Of a DNA stretch of 44,834 nucleotides, positions 37,311 through 44,834 are shown piece by piece. Both the position numbers and the translations under genes were made by a program. The notes under the pieces were generated by a model that saw nothing but the letters and a program-made list of their open reading frames with translations, was not told the DNA's origin and ran no database searches. Source of the DNA: Intoshia linei (taxonomy: Eukaryota > Animalia > Orthonectida); contig LWCA01000169.1 in the NCBI GenBank assembly GCA_001642005.1, forward strand, positions 1 through 44,834, written 5' to 3'. The number at the start of each line of letters is the position of its first letter. Position 1 is the first letter of the stretch.

Positions 37311-39720
37311 TCGGCAGTCTCACGAATTTGTTAATTCGTTTTTCATAAGAAGGTTGAGTCGCTTTAATTGTATATTCCTTGTCTTTATTGGAAACAGTTT
37401 CAATGTTTTCTTGTGTTGTATTCCATCTAAATTCATTAAAATGTACCATAAAAATTTGTAGTCAAATTGAGGTACAATGTATAAATAATATTTATATATT
37501 TACTAATTTTTTACTTTATTACTGAATTTACAATGCCACTAAATAAAATTGAAACGTCCACTAATGAGCGTCTTTGACCAACAAATGAAAAGTTCAATAC
37601 CAATTAAAATACACCTCAACCCTAATTAATGTAATTTATAATAAGACGCACTACGTTAGAGGCCGACAACCGACCAAAATGACAATATTATACACTCGTA
37701 AAACTAATGAGAAAAACTATAAATTCAGTTGTGTTTATTAGTGGCGACTCTGACTCCTCATCGCTACTTAGATCATATAATTCATTAATATATAATTCAA
37801 CAAGACAATACACGTTATTAGAAACATAGTATAGTTTATTTTATAAGAGTCTGATAATCAGACTACTAAATTAGACCTCATCAAACTTTAAAAAAAATTT
37901 AATTTAAAAAAATTATGACCTCTTTCCAGGCATTGTTTTTATATTTTCAAACCATGAAACATTCCATTTTTCCTTATATCTTGGAAATAGTAGGAATAAT
38001 CATCAAGTCCAACGAGGTCAGTGGTTCCCGATTGGAAGAGTCTGGACTCCAAAACTATATCCTTTGGGTCCGTCAGATTCAAATATAAAAATAAAAAAAA
38101 TTTTGTCAACTTTTGTTTAATTTTAGATCTAATATTTATTACAGTTGCCAGATGTTGTGAATTTACCTTAAAGTCTAGATGACCGCTACATTATTATTTC
38201 AAAAATCCTACTATTAATCCCACCATTTAAAATTAACTAAATTTAAAACTCTAACGAAAAAATCGACTTTTACCGATAATTTTTTGAAAAATCCTATTTT
38301 ACCAAATGTTATGAGCAACAACTTCTTAATCCAAAACCCAAAATAAAAAATCCAATTTTACCAACCTAAATTAAGGGGGAAATCACCTTTTTTCAATGTT
38401 TTTGAAAAACACGATTTTACCAAATTTTATGAAAAAAACTTTTTATTTCATAAATGTTATATAATTCATGTTTCCTTTGGAGTCCAAAAAAATAAATATT
38501 TTGAAATGGGGGTCCGTACACTATTTGAATCGGAAACCACTTATCTAGGTTGAAATTTTTTTTATGATAACTTTCTTAATTTTTGACACTTTATCATAAC
38601 TCTTCTTTGAATATTAACATAATTCCCTCTGTATTATCAATGTAGAAACTTAATTGAAAGAATGATTAGATTTTATTAACTAGTAGAAATGCAGAAATTT
38701 TATGACTCTCTTAATAAAAGTCTTTTTTTAGATGGACTTAACTTCTTTAGGCGTCCAATTCTTAAGATACGTTTGTATACACCTTACATTTTTCTAATCT
38801 TACTGCAATTTGTTATTGGCTATGCTATTCATTTACCATAATATCAATTGAACTCCTTTCGCGTTCATTGAAATATTTTCCTTTAGACATCTTTATTAAA
38901 ATTTTTATATTCTGCATGTATTTATAAATTTATAAATTAAACATTTTTTTTAATTAAAAAATTTAGTTTTAACGTTATTCACAGTGTTAATACCTAAAAA
39001 TTTTATCTCTTTGAGCAATTTTGTCGCTTGATCGATAATGAACATAAATATTATGGGCTAATTAGGTATCAACACTTGTAATAAGCTATATTAAGATAAC
39101 TTCACATCCCACCTGGGACCCCATGTTTTAAACTTTTAACTGAGAAAATGGTTTTGATGGTTTTTTATAGGATGCTCTAATGTTTTGTCGGGGATCAATA
39201 CTATATATAAATCAAGATAATAAAATAATCAATACCTTTTGCATATATTTACAGCACGACAGTTTATATTTCTGTTTAGTAAATAGGGAATCATAATATT
39301 TGAAAATTCTTTTTTTAATAAAGTTTATATTTATTTGTATTCTTATTTCATCTGGATTCCATATTTTACAATGAGGTAATTTTTGTCTCAAAGTCTATTA
39401 AAATTTAATTTACACTTTTCACACTCTATTCTATAATATTTTCTCTGTCTGTCAGTTTCTGTAAAACAATTATATTATCCATAACATGAACATTTAAAAA
39501 GATTATTTTTTAATTTCGTATTATAATGTGTAATAGTAGAGAGTACATCAGTGATTTTCAAAGTTTTGAAAGACACATCTTCTGGAAATTTAAAAAGCTT
39601 TTTATTGTTATAATTTAGATTTATAAGAAAAATGTCTTCCATTGTATCGGAGAGTATTCCTCTCGTATCGAATATGAAAACTCCACTTCCTAAATCCAAT
39701 AAGGGTATTGTACCAAATAC
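37311..39720 (-). CDS. Possible uncharacterised multi-exon gene; structure unresolved
   Basis: AG..GT-bounded open segments, e.g. FGTIPLLDLGSGVFIFDTRG (~39720-39480), FETKLPHCKIWNPDE...KYMQK (~39394-39236) and WNTTQENIETV...KFVRLP (~37426-37311). I could not establish all the junction phases. Confidence 0.4.
38019..38542. mobile_element. hAT-type MITE with internal TTTTACCAA subrepeats
   Basis: CAGTGGTTCCCGATT / AATCGGAAACCACTT; flanks aacgaggt / atctaggt. Related sequence at ~703, ~16930-17145, ~22270-22430 and 29389-29860. Confidence 0.78.
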
Positions 39721-40042
39721 TGCCCAATATAGAAAGATAATGGAAAAGCAAACGTATTATTTGGTTAGTTTAAATTTGATGCTTAAATTTTTTTGGTTAA
39801 ACCGACTTTTTGTAACGTCTTCGTTCAAGAAACTGGAAAGCTTATTGAGTAGAAACGTTATATATGTTAAGCTTCGGTTATACCCTGTTGACGTGGTAAT
39901 TTGTTTGAATCCAAAAAATAATTTTGTTCTAAGTATCAACAAAATATTTTTACTCAAATTAAAAAACTAGAAAAAACGCCATTTGATTTAATCGCAAGAT
40001 TGACGAAAAATAGAGTATATAGTATTTGTAAAAATATGTATT

Positions 40043-40400
40043 TCCTTACTTATATAATATGCTACGCAATATTTATTTGTGTGTGTGTTCCACTTTATTT
40101 CAATAACTATCAGTCTTAGAATTTTATAAAGTCCACATTTCAATTACATTTCTTTCCGGATGATAATAAGATAAATTTCAAATTCCCAAACTCATATCCT
40201 ACGGGTCAAAAACCCCAATTTTCCTTTTTTTTAAAATTAAACATCTTGGAGAATTTAAAAAAAAAAAATACAGGTGGTACAGTTGTATCCTGTTAACAAA
40301 CAAAAAAATTTCAATCTGAATAAGAGACGACTTCACGGTTAAAAAAGCATTTTAGTATTCCTATATTTTTTTTCCGAAATTTTTATTGAAACAAAAAATG
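40043..40400 (+). mobile_element. Helitron-family copy, 5' part
   Basis: TCCTTACTTATATAATATGCTACGC...(TG)n...CTTAGAATTTTATAAAGTCCACATTTCAATTAC, closely matching the reverse complement of 1847-1740. Confidence 0.7.
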
Positions 40401-40659
40401 ACTTTAGCCAAATAAGGGTCGCGATTCGTGGTTTGACGGTATCTGGGTTAAATTCTACATGTTTGCTACTAAAATATTTTAATATACATATTTAGAAGAA
40501 CCAACATATACCGCCATATCTAATTGACAAGAAAATAAGAAACTTGTATTATGCCACTGTTTTTGGATTGATGGTTATGACAGTGGTCACTTTTCAGCAA
40601 ACAATCAGTTTATTTATACTCCGCAAAAAATGAGGGAATATTTATTTAGTAATTAAATA

Positions 40660-43600
40660 TTAGTGATTTGAGCCATACTCTGGTTGTTTAATGTGTTTAT
40701 CTTCGATATGGTTGGTTGAAAAACTTTTCATTTTGGTATGTTGACTTAGATCTTTAAGTTGATAGAAAGGTTCGATAATACAAGATTTCATACTCTTGGT
40801 GTCTTCGCAGAGAGTGATTAAATCTTCAATGTTGTTTGATTTTTCCAGTTGGCTTGATAAATGGATTCTAACTCGTTTTTTCTCTTCTTTTTTTGATTTA
40901 AAATGTAAGTTCAATTCAATATCACAACATTTACAGCACATGCATTTTAATTTATTCAACAAGTTTCCACATGTTTTTTCATTACTTAAAGATTTAAAAT
41001 CATCAATTTTATTTAATTTTCTGTATATGGGAATTATGTTCATCTTGGTTTTCTAAAAAATGTATATATTGTATTATGGGAAATGTATTACTGTAATATG
41101 TTCAATAAGATCTATTATTTTGTATTGGATCAGAATTTCTGGTTCAGTATAATTGGATTGATGTGGTTCACTTAATTGCATTTTATTTGATTTGATTAAC
41201 TGTTCCAGGGTGCCTCGTTTTTCGGTAAATATTTTTAGTTGGTTGTTGTTTATGATGGTTTGTCTTGTTAAATGCGCAATCTACGATTACATTATGTCCT
41301 GTTGATAGGGCAAGTTTTTTAGTAACCCATAAATAAAACAATCTCATGATTGCTTTAATGCAGCGGTTCCCAAATGGGGTACTGGGAATTATTTTGGGGT
41401 ACCAGCTCGTCTGATACTATGCCTCATAAATTATAGATATTTTTTAAATTCCCAAAATTAATTTGTAATAATATACTTAGTTAATTTGATAGTCTCTGAG
41501 ATTTTAAGGTTGTATATTAAATATGTATGTATGTACGTATCTATTTCGTCATTAAATTTTTAATTATTTTTTTTCAGTTTAGGGGTACCAACTGTGAAGT
41601 ATGTTGGGAACCGCTGGTTTAATGAAATAACAAATAATCCAACTACTTGTGAATATTTCGGTCTTTTTTTTAGGTCAATAAAAAAATTTCCCTAATTATA
41701 TTTTTATGTATCTCATATATTTTTACTTTTTGGGATTGTCTTTTGTCTGAACGTTGACTTTGTTGGTATATTCGGCTAAAATTAGAAACTATTACAGGTA
41801 CTGGTAAAGCAATAACTAGAACACCAGACAATGAACACAGACCTCCGATGAATTTACCAAAAACAGTTTTCGGTACCATGTCTCCATATCTAAATTTCAA
41901 TTAATTTTAAAATGATAATGTTACCCCAATGTAGTCATTGTTACAATTGTATACCAGAACGAAGCCGGTATGCTGGTAAATGTTGTTTTTGCTTCATTTT
42001 TTTCGCAATAATACATCATTGTGGCAAATATTATAATTGCCAATGAGAGCGAAAAAAGCAGGAAGCACAACTCACTAGCACAACTAAATGAAACGTTATA
42101 TAACTGGAATAAGCTCTATCAGAATAATCGTTTTTTTTAATTGTAGGACCATTAATTATTTCAAATTATTTATTTTAATAAAATAGTTTCGAAATAAAAA
42201 AAAAATGAATATTAAAGTAATTGGTTGACCGTGAAGGCGTCACTTATTCAGATTGAAATTTTTTGTGAGTCTTAACAGGATACAACTGTACCATCTGGTT
42301 TTTTTAAATTTTAGGGATGCTTTTATTTTAAAAAAAATTGGTATGTGGGTTTTGATCGTTAAAATTATATTTTTTTGTTTCCATTTATAACAATGTTTAT
42401 GATTTTAAAAACTATCCCAGAATTTATGTTTAAAAAAATTTTAGGATGTTTCATTTTTAAAACAAAGGGTAATTTGTATTTTTGACCATGAAGGTATGCG
42501 TTTCTGAGGCTGAGATTAACGACAATGTTAATGATTTTAAAACGCGTCTCCGAATGTATTTTATTACATGTTTAGGCTGATTTTTTTTAAACAAAATGAA
42601 AAATTGGTTTTTGAATTTATTGTATATTTGAATTTTATTATATTGTTTTTTTAAAATCCTGCGACTATCATTTTTTTCAATAAATGGCTACACATACTAA
42701 AAAAAACACACAGACATTCATTTTTATATAATTTTAAGTAAAGGATTATATAAAATTTTCATTTTCAAAAATTAGTCCTTCAAGGTCAAAACATAATTTT
42801 CCCACTTATTTTTAAAATAAAATGATAATATCGATGATTATAGAACAATTCGTACATCTCAGCCTCAAAAAAGTACATTTTCAAACCCTAGATTATCTTT
42901 TTCTAAAAAATGTACAGATCATACAGTTAACATGCACAAAATTTAGAATAAGTTGGAAGGATGGTGTATTAAACGAAGAATGATTGATATATTAAAATAA
43001 TGCATCCTCATTTGAATTAATCCATCTGATTTTGACCTTTTAAATTATCAATATAATTTCATTAATACTTTTATAGTTATTTATAAGCACATACTGTAAT
43101 ATTGATAAATGAATTTATGAATCTACCAGCATTATACATATACAAAGATTTTAAAACGTTAACTCTAGACTCTAAAATACTCAAAATTTTCAATTTTATG
43201 AAACTACTCAATTTAATTTAATTAAATTTGCTTTTATAATTATTTCCATTCAAACGCAGTTTAAATGATTTAGTTTAATAAAACGGATCTATATTCTATA
43301 TCAACAATTAATTACCTTTTAAGGGTGTACCCCAATATTCGCAACCCTACAACGATAATTAAATTGTATATATTAAACGTACCGGCAGAGTGTCTTGAAA
43401 ATTTGATGATTCTAAAAACTCGAAATACTCTCAAAGTGACAAAGACATTTCCTAATGTGTTTTTGTTAGGCATAATTAAAGTAATATAATAAGGTACAAT
43501 CGCCACAAAATCAACGAGTGACATGAAATTTCTAAAAAATTTGATTCTATGAGGTGATGAATACAATCGGAGAATATATTCAACGGTAAAAATAATAACA

Positions 43601-44710
43601 CACGTACTATCCACACAAAAAAATATAACGGCGTATTTGTCGCCACAGATGATGTACTGAGTAGCAGATTTGTTATCGCAGCGCATCGTTTCCAAAACAT
43701 TGACAAACACAGACAAGGCTATGAAAAAGCCAGTGACATAGTAGAAAACTAACGCGAAATTGCTGGATTGGGGATTTTCACAAGATTCCCACAATCGTTC
43801 ACGGAATGTCTTTTTCTCTATTTTATTTTTCTTGGCAGCTTTAAGTCTTCTAGCTTTATTTAGTCGATTTGTGGCTATAGATTCTCTCATGCGTGTAAGA
43901 AGAACAGAATTTGATTTTCCGAAATCTTCAGTGAGGTTATCGTAATTTTTCTCAATTTCGTGATGTTGTATGATTTGATGAGTAGAATAGATAGATTCCA
44001 GGTCAGATTCATCGGATGAGTTTTCTATGTCCAGTTTGTCTTCCGTATCTTTTGGCATACATTTAATACATACAGGATAAGTGGATAGGCAACGCGATTT
44101 TCGCATTTCCACCGATTCACGTGAATTGATTAATTTTGATTTCATTTTTTCATAAATGGATGGTTTTTTCTTCTGTTCTACTTTACTTGTGGTCTCTGCT
44201 TCGGCGGCTTCATTGATTTCATTAATTTCTCTGCGTCTAAGTTTATTAATTGTAATTAACATTAACAATGATCAATAAATATAAAAACCTTTCTCGGTAT
44301 TCTTCATGGCAGCAATCACTAATATTGTCAAATAGAATACGAAAAAATCCAATTTCGTCATCGAACAGTTTAACACAAACGTCGCGAGGGTAATGTAATT
44401 TCCCTGTTCTATAGAAATTTAAAATATAACGGAAAAGATCTGGATCACGATCAAAGAAATATTGGTTGTTTTCAGAGTCATAAAAATATTCACGCTCGTC
44501 TGACCCGAGAAGAGTATCAGGATACCAGTCTAATGTATATTTATTTACATGAAATATGGTGCCACTGACATTTATTTGTAAACGGATTTCATCAAGGTGA
44601 AGGGAAATGTTTTCGCACTTGTCGCTGGTCATTTTATTATGGAGAAAAGGTAGCCATCCAATGGTTGAAGCGCGTACTAAAACCAACCACGCAGAACTGG
44701 ACGAAATCAT
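40660..44710 (-). CDS. Shal: Voltage-gated K+ channel, Shal/Kv4 (KCND) family
   Basis: N-terminus [15 protein letters not shown]; T1 domain INVSG...[15 protein letters not shown]...[24 protein letters not shown]; S4 [18 protein letters not shown]; pore [17 protein letters not shown]|YGDMVP; S6 [20 protein letters not shown]. Confidence 0.97.
41361..41616. mobile_element. hAT-type MITE in a Shal intron
   Basis: TIR CAGCGGTTCCCAA / TTGGGAACCGCTG; TSD ctttaatg / gtttaatg (7/8). Confidence 0.88.
42160..42745 (-). mobile_element. Helitron-family copy in a Shal intron
   Basis: Reverse complement resembles 6303-6800: A|TCCTTTACTT start, GACGCCTTCACGGT block and subrepeats. Confidence 0.65.
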
Positions 44711-44834
44711 TGGGCAGGCTAATCGAAATATGTAACAAAATCCAATCGCATTTATCTGAATAAAAGTATATATTGTATGCCTTAGATACTATTAATCATT
44801 TAAAGTTACAGGAACTTTCAATTATAATTAAAAA

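Noticed and set aside
39632-39970. Plus-strand 112-aa ORF with faint COX7A-like QYRKIMEKQ
   Set aside because: No downstream motif or convincing exon was found, and it overlaps a plausible minus-strand exon; left uncalled.
9707-44268. Numerous short antisense or alternate-frame ORFs (e.g. 9707-10009, 13017-13313, 25351-25602, 27178-27444, 34911-35390, 40796-41056, 43476-43945)
   Set aside because: They are shadows of real exons or chance ORFs in AT-rich repeats, with no motifs.

Overview
This is eukaryotic (animal) genomic DNA, not prokaryotic. It is very AT-rich and gene-dense, with many tiny 33-46 nt introns and a few transposon-inflated introns. The proteins are strongly diverged bilaterian-type sequences, which suggests a compact invertebrate genome such as an orthonectid (inference, unverified). 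Genes from left to right: (1) a CNG channel beta-type subunit (-), with a complete DPAGT1/ALG7 gene nested on the same strand in one of its introns; (2) a divergent teneurin (+); (3) a decayed IR/DR Tc1 element with stacked insertions; (4) a tight ALG2(-)/MRPL14(+)/BTF3(-) cluster; (5) orphan genes; (6) MRPS35 (-), with an intronless multi-TM orphan nested antisense in an intron; (7) a Shal/Kv4 channel (-). Non-coding DNA is dominated by a non-autonomous Helitron family and hAT-type MITEs with 8-bp TSDs. The most notable observation is that the DPAGT1 stop codon and AATAAA lie within about 35 nt of the host channel's splice acceptor. All gene models were spliced by eye and family calls rest on recalled motifs; no database search was run.
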